A DNA stretch of 62,926 nt, counting the filler, from Octopus bimaculoides (taxonomy: Eukaryota): the NCBI RefSeq assembly GCF_001194135.2. It is 5 parts of 4 records of this genome, joined end to end, with 100 filler letters (N's around TTAATTAATTAA, not from the genome) between each part and the next. Parts side by side here need not be neighbours in the genome. Positions count along the whole stretch, not along the records: positions 1 to 7,731 come from NC_068990.1; positions 7,832 to 35,318 come from NW_026345656.1; 3 more parts are not named here. The stretch is one strand, 5' to 3'. Shown in pieces: positions 1 through 11,741 of this stretch (position 1 is the first letter of the stretch; each line of letters begins with the position of its first letter). A model generated the notes under the pieces. That model ran no database searches and was not told the origin of the DNA. It saw nothing but the letters and a program-made list of their open reading frames with translations. The position numbers and the translations under genes are program-made.

Positions 1-711
1 TATAAATATAATTTAAAAAAAAAAAGAGAAAAAACCAGATAATTAAGAATAACACATAGAAAAAGTGAACGATGGTAAATAGTTTATATAAACAATTCAA
101 ATGGTACTACATGGTTATGGGGCCCATGCAGCCATTTCATTTCTTCATTATATAACATCTCATTGTCATTCGGTTTATGTTTTGTGTCCCCATTGTGGTG
201 TTGTGTCTGTCCTTGTAGTGTCCCCATCTGTGTTGTGGCCATAGTGCCAAATAAAGAAAACAGTAGTAGTAGAGTAGTTGTTACGAGTTCTCAGTTGCAG
301 TTAGTGTCAGTTACGTGTTATATACGAGTTCGAGTTACCGTCAAGGTAGGAGTTTCAAAGTCATTGTCTTGCGGAGCTATCAGCGATAGCACGATAGACG
401 AGTCAAAGATAATTAAACGCAGAATACCGCCACAACATAATAGTGGCGACAAGATTATTACAGTGCCGACAATAACATACAAGTGTTAAAACAATATAAT
501 ATCGAAATATAATAACAATATAATCATAACAATATAATACCGAAAATGTAAGGACACAGATAGTGTGTCGTATAGCCAGCTAGAAACGATGTTTCTTGGG
601 GCTAATGAACAGTAACAACGTCCCTTCCAGGACAGCCATATTATGTTGGAAATTAGCTTTTATTGGAAATTAGCTTTTTTACTGAATGTCTCTCTCTCTG
701 AGAGATTTAGA

Positions 712-760
<49 letters not shown>

Positions 761-934
761 TATATGAGAGAGAGAGGGGGAGATAGATAGACAGACAGAC
801 AGGTTATTATCTCACACTGCTTGACAACCGGCCTTGGTGTGTGTATCTATTGAAAAATAATATAAAGAAGATTTTAACTGCAAACATCAAAATACAAAAA
901 ATTCTCTTTCTTTCGTGTGCAAATGAACAAGCTG

Positions 935-1200
935 ACACAAAAGTCAGAGACACCCCTCCTCACCAGCTCTAAAGAAGGCCAAGATTGTTTCATTCTGCAG
1001 AGAAGATGCTGATCTTAGGTTTTGGGGATGCAAAATTTATTGTGTTTATTGAATATCTTCAAGAGGGCCATACCAACAAAGGAGAGTATCATGCCAATTT
1101 ACTAAGGCAGTCACGAAAGGCTATCAAGAACAAACGCCAAGAAAAACAGATGAAAGAGATCTTGTTTGATTAAGACAATGCTCCAGCATACAAGTCCTTG
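935..1200 (+). mobile_element. Mariner (Mos1/SETMAR-like) transposase fragment, degraded
   Basis: Translation SAEKMLILGFGDAKFIVFIEYLQEGHTNKGEYHANLLRQSRKAIKNKRQ...ILFD*DNAPAYKS matches the mariner catalytic region (VFWD...GEYYANLL...LFHQDNAPAH). It contains an in-frame stop. Confidence 0.85.
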
Positions 1201-1229
1201 TTTTCATGGGTCTCATTTAGGTGTGCCCC

Positions 1230-2300
1230 CCCCCCCCCAATATTAAGAACATTCCAGTTAGCACTCTAGGATACGAGCGGAGGCGGGATGCTCATGCAGG
1301 GTCTACAACAGATATGGGAAGCATTTACAAAACGAAAGGAATCGTCTATGAAGCTGAGATACTGGCCGACCCTAATAGCAGCAGCAACATCAGGAGCTTC
1401 TCCAACGGCTACTACAGTAGCAGGGACGACAGTACCAATAGAAGCAGCAGCAGAAGCATGAACAGAAGTTGGGGCAGCACCATCGCCAGCGATAACAACA
1501 ATAGCATTAACGACAGCAGTGGCACTATTCCTAACAGAAAAAGCAGCAGAACCATTGCTAATGATAAATATAACAGCAGTGACAGCGTCTCCATCAACGA
1601 TGATGACCGCAACAACAACAGTACCGTTACCAACGCCAGTAGTAGCGGCACCAACACCATCGCCACCTCCAGTGATGCCTACACCAACAGCACCGGCACC
1701 ACCAGCAGCGGTAGCAGCTGCGTCAACACCAACAGATTCAATATTGCCGACACCCGAACAGGGAGATATATCGGATGCTCTGGTAATACATTCAAGCAAC
1801 GCCTCTCCAACCACAGATCCTCCTTCAGGATACCGGAAACGAGTTACGCTACGTCATTATCTAGCCATGTATAGCAACCGAAGGACGACTGAATTCCACA
1901 CGTAATATGGTGAATCCTAGAAAATCCAGGCTCCTACATAGACGGGATTAAGCATTGTAAACTGTGCATAGTTGAGCGGACGGGGATACTAAAGGACTCC
2001 CTCGGCCCGGAAAACATCCTTAACTCCATCACGGAGGTCTTCGGACCAATCTTGCACTTCAGGAAATTCCTGCTGGCCTACTGGGACCCACACGATAGCA
2101 GGGTCATTTACAATCAACAGCCAGAGAGAGACAATCCCCTGTGATTGACATAAAGTAATGAAGTCTTTTCCTCCTCTATTTTCTAAAGACGCCACTTGCT
2201 AGAGAGGTCATAGACCAACAAGTTAGGGATCTGACAATACACTGTAATGCTAAGTGCTTTATGGACATGAAACCCAGGGTAATCCCATAAAACCGGCCCT
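1230..2300 (+). mobile_element. Penelope-like retroelement 3' part (CxCR linker, GIY-YIG endonuclease, 3' UTR), pseudogenised
   Basis: Motifs in order: GCSCR (other frame, ~1285), KGIVYEAEI (1338), RYIGCSGNTFKQRLSNHRSSF (1767), SLSSHV* (TAG where Trp is expected), then after a frameshift HCKLCIVERTGILK...NILNSITEV...LHFRKFLL. This is the typical Penelope GIY-YIG layout. Confidence 0.85.
2226..2286 (+). ncRNA. Candidate degenerate minimal type I hammerhead ribozyme in the Penelope 3' end
   Basis: GGGAT (stem I) - CTGACAA - 31 nt - GAAA - CCC/A/GGG (stem III) - TA - ATCCC (stem I'). The core deviates from CUGANGA and stem II is poorly defined. Confidence 0.4.
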
Positions 2301-2373
2301 AGCTAACTTTATCTATATGATATACTGCTCTATAACTTAGAGTGTGCTTCTATTTCGGATTTATGTTTTACCA

Positions 2374-2410
<37 letters not shown>

Positions 2411-3026
2411 GACAAGAAATAATTTTTGCCTCTTTTTATGGAGATAAAAAAGTTTATAAGACTGCAAAAAGGAAGTGCTCAAATGAGATTGAGACAGAGA
2501 TAAAAAAAACATTGATAAAAGAACAAACATCAAATTCGAATATATGTATTTTTATTGCATATATATTTTTTACCTTCTGTGTTTTTTTTATATATGTATT
2601 CTTTATATGTTAAAGGCCATAGTAATATTTATGTATGATCAAATGTATTGTAGCGTGGTGTTATATAAAGTCGTTGACTCGAATTTGATGTTTGTTCTCT
2701 TATCAATGTTTATATATATATATATATATAACAAAAAATGTTAGTAGCCACTACAGCATGGCTGTTCGTTCGAACGGAGTTTATTGCGATTTTTTAACCC
2801 CAAGAGGACATCTCCTGTAGTTGGTTAACGATGCACAGCTGCATCCGAGATATTGCGAGCAAGGGAGCTAACCCCTACCAACGTTCTAGCGACGGGACCA
2901 GCAGACCAGCCTGGTTTCGAGCTATTTCTGCTTCTCTTCAGTACTGGACACTCCGTCTGTTCGCAATAATAGTAATAATACCTTATTAAATTCTGCACAC
3001 GCACACATACACACACACACACACAC

Positions 3027-3068
<42 letters not shown>

Positions 3069-4157
3069 ACACACACACGCACACGCACGCACACACACAC
3101 ACACACATATAAATTGAGGAAGAATTGAAAATAATGAGTAGTAGTAGTAGTAGTAGTAGTAAATGACGTATATGGGGTAGTTGTTTTATACTGGTTGGCG
3201 TATAGAGATTTGTGTGGAAGCGCATGCGCAAGTATAAATAGGTGGCTGTGTGTCGTCTATATGTATATGTGTGAATACAAATGTTTGTAGAAGTCAACGC
3301 GTTGAATGATATAATATGAGGGAATAGATATAATTTGCAGTCTCTGAATTAAATGCATACGCACGTGCACCCCAGTCAAATCCTTCCTTCTTAACCTACT
3401 TCCTTTCAATGATTATAAACGGGGTAAGTTATCTCAGTTGTCTGTTATACCCTATTCCCTACAGCCCCCAGGGTTGATAAGATATATGCGTGTATGTGTG
3501 TGTGTGTGTGTGTGAGTGTGTGTACGTGCGTGCGTGTGAACACCTACATACATATAAATACATAGCTTTATATGCATACACATATATACAGACATTTGTG
3601 TGCGTGTATATACATATATGTATATATGCATATATACACATCTCCGCATCTCTATATACACACACACACATACACACACAGGCATAGATACCCGCAAACA
3701 TACGTATATAAGTTATTTGCTCCTTTAGTTGTCATGTGATCACGTAATGGGCGATTTTTCTCGTTTTATTTTGCTTTCTTTTGTTTTTGTGTACCGCGGT
3801 CTTATTTGATCATGTTTTGTCTACCTTTATCCACCCGTCCTTTACACACATAATCGCAATGCACCGGCTTGCGGCAGACATGACTGACATACACTAACAA
3901 CAAGACTTACATACACACATACATACAGGAACAGACACACACACACACACACACACAAGTATATATATACATATATATATATCCCATAGAATTGGCCAAT
4001 TAAAAGGTTATTACACTGGCGGTGCCCCAGCATGGCCACAGCTTTAGGGGTGAAACATTTAAAAGAATAAAAGAGTAAAAGAATATATATATGTTTGTAG
4101 AGAGACACGGACAGTGGTATGATACATGTGTGTATATGTATTCATATGTATATACAT

Positions 4158-4413
4158 AGGCGCAGGCGAGGATGTGTGGTAAGAAGTTTGCTTTCCAGCC
4201 ACACGGTTCCGAGTTCAGTCCCACTGCGTGGCGCAGCACTTTCTTACCATAGCCCCGGGCCGACCAAAGCCTTATGAGTGAAACTGAAGGAAGCCAGTCG
4301 TATATATNNNNNNNNNNNNNNNNNNNNNNNNNNNNNNNNNNNNNNNNNNNNNNNNNNNNNNNNNNNNNNNNNNNNNNNNNNNNNNNNNNNNNNNNNNNNN
4401 NNNNNNNNNNNTA

Positions 4414-4444
<31 letters not shown>

Positions 4445-4578
4445 GGGGGTGTATGTATGTATGTGTGTGTGTGAGAGAGTATTGTGCCCGTGTTAGTCCC
4501 CCACCACCGGTGTTGCCACGTTTATTTCAACAGAGGCCGATAGAATAAGTACCAGGTTTAAAAATAAGTACTGGGGTC
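4158..4578 (+). mobile_element. tRNA-derived SINE family A, partial, with a gap in its internal TA tract
   Basis: Head AGGCGCAGG..TGTGTGGTAAG..GTTCCGAGTTCAGTCCCACTGCGTGGC and tail GATAGAATAAGTACCAGG..CTGGGGTC match the copy at 21117-21513. Confidence 0.8.
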
Positions 4579-5599
4579 AGCAATCGCAGGTCCTCTATTA
4601 GAAGCCCAGAGATGCACAACGTTACGTCTTTGGGCCAGCTACGGGAGCAGACGATGCACGAGAGTGCAAGGACGCTGAAAAGTATGCATGACCTTGGGGT
4701 GGTTGTCTTCCAAAAGTGAGATGTTTAGTGGGTGCCATCATGAGAGAAAATTCGTGTTAGAGACATGGAATTCTCCGCTTGCTGGCTAGCGAACGTAAAT
4801 CGTGCATATACTGACACAATCGGAAACGACCAAAGGGAGATAACTCTATCTCGCCGAGAAGGGATGTCAGTAGATTTTCGTTTGAGGAGTTTGTTTGTTT
4901 TTTGTTTTTTTTTACAACCCTGACTACCAAGACTGTATTTCTACCTCCAGTAGTAGAGAGGTTATGAGCTTCCGGTCTGGCGGGTCACCTATATTGCTGA
5001 GAGCAATGGTAACCTCCTGGTTGAGGCTGACAATATCGTGATAGATGGAAACATGTTAAATAGCGTCAGTCATTTTATTTAATTATGAGCAGTATTTTGT
5101 CGAGTGGCAGTAAACACGGACGGGTCATTCGAAGTTTTCTTTCCTCAGTCAAGTTCCAGATTATCTTTGCAATTTCGGCTGGTTATATTCGATATTGCTC
5201 CAATATGGCCAGCCCCAAGGAAAAACAAGGACAGAAAAAAAACGGAGAAATGTTACACAAATGCAAATGAAAATAACAGGGCATAACAACAGGTGTCTTT
5301 CGACTAAGGACGAATTAAATTAAGCTGGCGTGTGTGAAAGTGAAGCCTTACGGCAGGGGCATAAGAGATGACAGGCATCGGGAGGAATATAGATGTTGCA
5401 CATATGGTAATCGAACCAAGAAAGAAAGGTCAGGCTTGGCCGAACACCGATCTCGTGGGGAGAGAGAAGAGAGGTAGCGGCAGAGGGACAGAAGAATTAG
5501 GGAGGGACGAGAAAAAACCCCTCCCTATCCAGGGTGATACAGGATAGGGCTACTCTTTGATGAAAAGGGCTCACTGACTTGAGGATAAGTGAAGCACTC

Positions 5600-6300
5600 A
5601 ATAAACAATTCCAAAGTGTTTTCACCTACCCACTAGAAAACATGAAAATGAAGCAGACCTGATGAGTTCTTCAACACCTCTAACCTACAAGAAAAAAAGG
5701 CGACCATCAATTACATTGACATTGCAGAAGAGGATGTACTGTCGGCCATTGACAAGATAAACTCAAACTCTGCCACAGGCCCCGATGGACTTCCAGTAAT
5801 TCTGTTAAAAACATGCAAGAAAGCTCTTGCAAAACCACTGCAAATGCTTTTCCAGAGTTCCCTTGAATGCGGTACATTTCCTCAAACGTTAAAAGAAGGA
5901 ATAATCTTCCCTGTCCACAAAGGAGGAAGGAGAGCAGATGCTATAAACTACACACCTATCCCTCTGACCTCACATGTCGGGAAGATCATGGAACACATTG
6001 TTAGAAAAAGACTGACCACGTTTCTAGAGGAAAACGACTTGCTTACAAACACGCAACATAGTTTCCGTCCTGGACGGAGCTGCCTTACACAGCTAATACA
6101 GCACTTCGACTGGGTACTAAAACAGCTCAGCGATTCAAATTTGGATGTGATATATCTGGACTTTGCCAAGGCCTTTGACAAAGTCGATCATGGAATGATA
6201 TGTCACCAATGTGTGACCTCAGTATCGCTAGTAGACTGGGAGAGTGGCTGCATGATTTCGTAAGGGGCAGAAATCAGGCTGTAACAGCAAATGGTGCTCT
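5600..6300 (+). mobile_element. CR1-type LINE reverse transcriptase fragment
   Basis: ORF 5844-6263: PVHKGG...NYTPIPLTSHVGKIMEHIV...QHSFRPGRSCLTQL...DVIYLDFAKAFDKVDHG (RT motifs). Frameshifted and truncated. Confidence 0.92.
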
Positions 6301-6309
6301 CTCTCTGAA

Positions 6310-6552
6310 GTGACGCGCGCTCGTGCTCTTTCCAAAACTTGCACCATAACACCCCCAAGAGTTTCAGACCCAACTTCTATGATTTCTCTATTGTTGTTCT
6401 CCTTCAGTTGCACCAAGGTCTCCGGTTTGTTGACGAACACTCTCTTTCAGTTATCCATGATTGAGACCTTTTTGCGCCCGGTCATTCAAAGTAGACCTCA
6501 CATTTTTTCTCTTGCACCATGAGCAGTCGCTCCATCTTGCTGGAACCATTAT
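6310..6552 (-). mobile_element. Tc1/mariner transposase C-terminal fragment
   Basis: The minus strand reads WFQQDGATAHGA...VFVNKPETLVQLKENNNREI...VLERARA, matching the WFQQDGATAH and KPxTLxxLK motifs. Confidence 0.75.
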
Positions 6553-6560
6553 AGGTTTTC

Positions 6561-6633
6561 CCGTACGCGTGGGACTCGAACCCACACCTCTTTGTTTACG
6601 CGACTAAGTGTGCTACCCTTACACGAGCGCACG
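6561..6633 (-). ncRNA. tRNA-like cloverleaf copy 1 (73 nt, 9-nt anticodon loop)
   Basis: CGTGCGC TC GTGT AAGGGTA GCAC A CTTAG TCGCGTAAA CAAAG AGGT GTGGG TTCGAGT CCCAC GCGTACG G. It has a 7-bp acceptor stem, D arm and perfect T arm; the anticodon arm is abnormal. Confidence 0.6.
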
Positions 6634-6879
6634 AACCTGCTTCTTTCTGTCAGATTTAAGAACTATAATTAGTTCGTAGTTGTTTTTGTAAACAAACTTG
6701 CATGTGTTTTACTGCGAAGGTTTTGTTAAGCAGCGTCGATTTTTGCAATGCTGTAAATAATAATAATACTAGTATTTTATAAGCTTAAAGCTTATAAGCG
6801 ATCACTGCGCAATGACCGCGCAAGAAAATAGTCTGATAATGGGGAATATAAGCCCTCGACAGAAAAAAGTAGGTTTTTC

Positions 6880-6952
6880 CCGTATGCGTGTGACTCGAAC
6901 CCACACCTCTCTGTTTACGCAAGCAAGTGTGCTACCGTTACACCAACGCATC
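6880..6952 (-). ncRNA. tRNA-like cloverleaf copy 2 followed by a T6 terminator
   Basis: GATGCGT TG GTGT AACGGTA GCAC A CTTGC TTGCGTAAA CAGAG AGGT GTGGG TTCGAGT CACAC GCATACG G. An A6 run at 6863-6868 is TTTTTT on the minus strand. Confidence 0.55.
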
Positions 6953-7126
6953 AACCTGCTTGCACGGTCATTGCGCAGTGATTGCTTATAAGCTTTAAGC
7001 TTATAAAATACTATTATTATTATTTACAGAATTCTAAAAATTGACGCTGCTGAACAAAACCTTCGCAGTAAAAATGCACATGAAAATTTGATTATAGTTC
7101 TTAAATCTGACAGAAAGAAGAAGATC

Positions 7127-7199
7127 GGTGCGTTGGTGTAACGGTAGCACACTTGGTGGCGTAAACAAAGAGGTGTGGGTTCGAGTCCCAAGCGTACGG
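7127..7199 (+). ncRNA. tRNA-like cloverleaf copy 3 followed by a T6 terminator
   Basis: GGTGCGT TG GTGT AACGGTA GCAC A CTTGG TGGCGTAAA CAAAG AGGT GTGGG TTCGAGT CCCAA GCGTACG G. A-box TGGTGTAACGG, B-box GGTTCGAGTCC, TTTTTT at 7210-7215. Confidence 0.6.
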
Positions 7200-7775
7200 G
7201 AATACCTACTTTTTTCTGTTGAGGGCTTATATGCCCCATTATCAGCTTATTTTCTTTAGTCATTGTGCAGTGATCGCTTTTAAACTTATAAAATACTATG
7301 TATGTATATACGCACATATATATGTGTGTGTGTATGTATGTCTATATGCGTGCATCTCTCTCTCTGTAGGAGTGGCAGTGTGATAAGTAGCTCGCTTCCG
7401 GTTCCGGTTGTCAGTTGTCTTGTTGTAGTTGAACTAAGTGGACATGAGTTTTGGCTCTGTCCAAAAAAAGAAAAAAGAACAATTTGAAGAATTCGCCGGT
7501 GTAAGTCGTTTTTGTTGCTCAGCTGGGCAACAATTTATTGCTTGTATTCATTTTTTCAGTAAATTGTTGTCCAGCGGTATGACATCTTTGCTTTCCTTGG
7601 CGAGGTTTTGTGTGTTCGTTATACGAACAAATTGTGTATTCGCTGTCTGTGGTAGGCGGGTTCGGTTTGCCACAGCGGTGAAGATTTTTATTTTGGCTTT
7701 TTAGCCAATTTTAATATACGCTACCGGATCTNNNNNNNNNNNNNNNNNNNNNNNNNNNNNNNNNNNNNNNNNNNN

Positions 7776-7787
7776 TTAATTAATTAA
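7776..7787. other. Assembly linker TTAATTAATTAA inside a 100-bp scaffold gap (also at 35363-35374, 43152-43163, 58275-58286)
   Basis: The identical 12-mer is centred between 44-N flanks at four sites, which indicates artificial scaffold joins of unknown size. Confidence 0.9.
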
Positions 7788-7831
7788 NNNNNNNNNNNNN
7801 NNNNNNNNNNNNNNNNNNNNNNNNNNNNNNN

Positions 7832-7888
<57 letters not shown>

Positions 7889-8582
7889 TATATATATATG
7901 TATATTTGTGTGTGTGTGTATATATATAGAGAGAGAGAAAGACAGACAGACAGACAGAATGATCGAAGTTAGACATTTACATGTGTGCATCAGTCACAAA
8001 GGGTGTGTGTGTGTGTGTGTGTGTGTTGAAGCCACAAACAAAGTGAGAGAAGCATGTTCTGCCAAGGAGATATGGAAATTTATGAAGCTGTCAAGAATAT
8101 ATGAAAATTATGGGTATGATCTTATATAAGATTGTGCGAAAATCGGAACTGTGAAACCTGATGTAAATTTTAACTGCTATGGTTACGTTTAGAGCACAAC
8201 AATAAACATATCTTCAATACTCTTTATGAACCTTCACGTTTGTGCATTTCCTCCTCTATGTGTGTACCCTTCAATCGGGTGTTAACCCTGGAGTTCACCC
8301 TATTATGCTCATTCACTGGTTCAGGCATATTTCTGAAGAGTCGAATTAGGTACGTGTCTATAACACCTCAGGTATCATTCCATATATTATTGCATAATAT
8401 AACAATATTCATGCGATACATTTTACATGAAACAATTGTAAATTGATGTAATATAAGACAGATTGATAGATAAACAGATACATGGATAGGTAGACAAATA
8501 GATGGATGGAGGGATAGACAGACAGACAGAGAGGTAGCTAGGCAAATAGATAGATGACTAGATGGATAGATGATAGATAGAC

Positions 8583-8639
<57 letters not shown>

Positions 8640-8810
8640 GATAAAGAGATAGATAGATGGATAGACAAACGGATAGAGGGATAGACAGATAGATAAGACG
8701 GCTGGTTCGATGGATAGATAGATAAAAGTTAGATAAGAACATGGATAGATCGATAACAACGTAAATTGGAAGAAACATTGGGAGATAGATAAATATATAT
8801 ATATATATAT

Positions 8811-8869
<59 letters not shown>

Positions 8870-9017
8870 TAAAGGTGTACGTTGATCAATTGACAAAAAG
8901 ATAAAAGGATTAAGTGGATATCACAGCGTAAACGATTGTGCTACAAGATAGACAAACAGACAGAGATATACGGATAAATATTGATAGATGAAGGGATGGA
9001 CGGCTGGATGGATAGAC

Positions 9018-9083
<66 letters not shown>

Positions 9084-10317
9084 GTAGAGAAGTTGATAGA
9101 CAGGTAGATAGACAGAGAGATATTGATAGATATACAGACAGATATAAGCTGATAGAAAGAAACAGATAGATAGATAGATAGAGAGATAGAGAGATAGAGA
9201 GATAGGTGGATAGATAGATAGATAGATAGATAGATAGGTGGATGGATAGACTGAGGTACAGATAGACCTAGACAGGGATGAGAGAGTGGCAAGGGGTTTT
9301 GGAAGTCTAAAAGACTCTAGTGACAGAGGCAGCTGTAGAAACACACAGACAGGAAATTAGTGAACGGGGTNNNNNNNNNNNNNNNNNNNNNNNNNNNNNN
9401 NNNNNNNNNNNNNNNNNNNNNNNNNNNNNNNNNNNNNNNNNNNNNNNNNNNNNNNNNNNNNNNNNNNNNNNNNNNNNNNNNNNNNNNNNNNNNNNNNNNN
9501 NNNNNNNNNNNNNNNNNNNNNNNNNNNNNNNNNNNNNNNNNNNNNNNNNNNNNNNNNNNNNNNNNNNNNNNNNNNNNNNNNNNNNNNNNNNNNNNNNNNN
9601 NNNNNNNNNNNNNNNNNNNNNNNNNNNNNNNNNNNNNNNNNNNNNNNNNNNNNNNNNNNNNNNNNNNNNNNNNNNNNNNNNNNNNNNNNNNNNNNNNNNN
9701 NNNNNNNNNNNNNNNNNNNNNNNNNNNNNNNNNNNNNNNNNNNNNNNNNNNNNNNNNNNNNNNNNNNNNNNNNNNNNNNNNNNNNNNNNNNNNNNNNNNN
9801 NNNNNNNNNNNNNNNNNNNNNNNNNNNNNNNNNNNNNNNNNNNNNNNNNNNNNNNNNNNNNNNNNNNNNNNNNNNNNNNNNNNNNNNNNNNNNNNNNNNN
9901 NNNNNNNNNNNNNNNNNNNNNNCGTGGTGGTCGTGGTGTGAGATAAAGAATACAAGCAGAGATTGGGGGCTGGGGGGGTTTCTGGGAGAAGGCAGACGGG
10001 TGGGGGTGTTTCGTCCCTATATAGTTTCTTTCATCCATTCATTCTTTCTCTCTTTTCTTTCTTTCTTTCATTATCTTGCAGGGATTAACAAACAGATGTG
10101 AAGAGGAGACGAAAGTTGTTTCTTTTCTTTCTTTCTTTTTTTTTATCGTAACAACAACAACAACAACAACAACAGCAGCAGCAGCAACGCAGGCCAAGGC
10201 CGGAGTTTGTCTACGCAGTCTAGTGACATGCTAGATATAGCAGCCAGTGTCTCAAATCACAGTCTTTATGCCGTATGTGTCGCAAGGGTAAAACATATTC
10301 AATGATTCTAGACAAGC

Positions 10318-10790
10318 TATGTCTGAATAGAAGATGGGATGGTCATAGCTGGACTGACCAGGGACGAAACAGCAACAACTACTATAGCCACTAATACGAA
10401 TTTTACATTAGATAATGTAGTCCTTGATACACTATGCCTGAATAAAACATGGGATGGTCACAGTTGGAACGTCTTTGATCATAGGTCTGCCTGGATCAGG
10501 CCTTACCTGGGGTTAAACAAAAACAACTACAGCCTCTAATACTAACTCCTATACAGTACATTAGATAATGTAGTCCTAGATACACTATGCCTGAATAAAA
10601 GATGGGGTGGCCACGGCTGGAGCATCTTTGATCATAGGTCTGTCTGGATCAGGACTGAGCTGGGGCTAAACAACAACGACAATAACTATAGCCACTAACT
10701 CCTATACTATACATTAGATAATGTATGATGGGATGGTCACGGCTGGCACATCTTTGATTGTAATTCCGTCTGGATCAGAACTGGCCAAGG
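10318..10790 (+). repeat. 153-bp tandem repeat, ~3 diverged copies, each ending in an (AAC)-rich tail
   Basis: ACATTAGATAATG recurs at 10405, 10558 and 10711. The unit includes GGATGGTCACGGCTGG..CTTTGATCATAGGTCTG..GGGGCTAAACAACAAC. Confidence 0.85.
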
Positions 10791-10799
10791 TCGTGATTG

Positions 10800-11310
10800 T
10801 AGCTATTGGTGATTATGGTGGTGGAGGTTTGGCTATTCTGGTGATGGTGGTGGAGGTTTGGCTATTCTGGTGATGGTGGTGGAGGCNNNNNNNNNNNNNN
10901 NNNNNNNNNNNNNNNNNNNNNNNNNNNNNNNNNNNNNNNNNNNNNNNNNNNNNNNNNNNNNNNNNNNNNNNNNNNNNNNNNNNNNNNNNNNNNNNNNNNN
11001 NNNNNNNNNNNNNNNNNNNNNNNNNNNNNNNNNNNNNNNNNNNNNNNNNNNNNNNNNNNNNNNNNNNNNNNNNNNNNNNNNNNNNNNNNNNNNNNNNNNN
11101 NNNNNNNNNNNNNNNNNNNNNNTATGGTGGTGGAGGTTTGGCTATTCTGGTGATGGTGGTGGAGGTTTGGCTATTCTGGTGATGGTGGTGGAGGTTTGGC
11201 TATTCTGGTGATGGGGGTGGAGGTTTGGCTATTCTGGTGATGGTGGTGGAGGTTTGGCTATTCTGGTGATGGTGGTGGAGGCTTGGCTATTCTGGTGATG
11301 GTGGTGGTGC
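10800..11310 (+). repeat. 29-bp minisatellite spanning a gap
   Basis: GGAGGTTTGGCTATTCTGGTGATGGTGGT is repeated on both sides of the N-run. Confidence 0.9.
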
Positions 11311-11540
11311 CGAATGGCGGACTTCGTAAAAACATTCCAAAGCTAAAATTGTCTGCTTCCTTGTTGGCCTCTTAGGAATCTGACCAGTTCTATGGAATCT
11401 CAGAGATGGGAGAAATGCGCACGCACTCACATGATATGTGAAGATGAGGATGATGAAGATGATGATGATGAAGATGATGATGATGAAGATGATAATGATG
11501 ATGATGATGATGATTATGTCGGTGTGTATCAACATATTCT

Positions 11541-11741
11541 TTTCTACTCTAGGTACAAGGCCCGTAATTTTTTCGCCAGTCGATTAGATCGACCTCTGTC
11601 TACAGCTGGTACTTAATTTATCGACCCCGAAAGGACGAAAGGCAAAGTCGACCTCGGCGGAATTTGAACTCAGATCGTAAAGACAGACGAAATACCGCTA
11701 AGCATTTCGCCCGGCGTGCTAACGATTCTGCCACCTCACCG
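11541..11741 (-). mobile_element. tRNA-derived SINE family B
   Basis: Minus strand GGTGAGGTGGCAGAATCGTTAGCACGCCGGGCG..CTGAGTTCAAATTCCGCCGAGGTCGACTTTGCCTTTCGTCCTTTCGGGGTCGATAAATTAAGTACCAG. It has A/B boxes and related copies at 16847, 38545, 38800 and 59075. Confidence 0.85.

Larger units (their letters stand above)
6553..7297. repeat. Fold-back (head-to-head) array of a ~320-bp unit containing a tRNA-like Pol III cassette
   Basis: 6553-6822 is the imperfect reverse complement of ~6962-7207. Direct period is 319 bp (B-box GACTCGAACC at 6573 and 6892). Three tRNA-like copies are present. Confidence 0.9.

Noticed and set aside
1266-1905. ORFs 1266-1814 (-), 1412-1666 (-) and 1519-1905 (+)
   Set aside because: Alternative frames of the low-complexity insert in the Penelope element.
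2922-2964. Minus-strand NRR...EEK resembling homeodomain helix 3 (SNRRAKWRREEK)
   Set aside because: The two parts are in different frames, WFS and the intervening residues are absent, and stops are present.
10318-11310. Regularly spaced repeats considered as a CRISPR-like array
   Set aside because: Eukaryotic context, contiguous units without unique spacers, and no cas genes.
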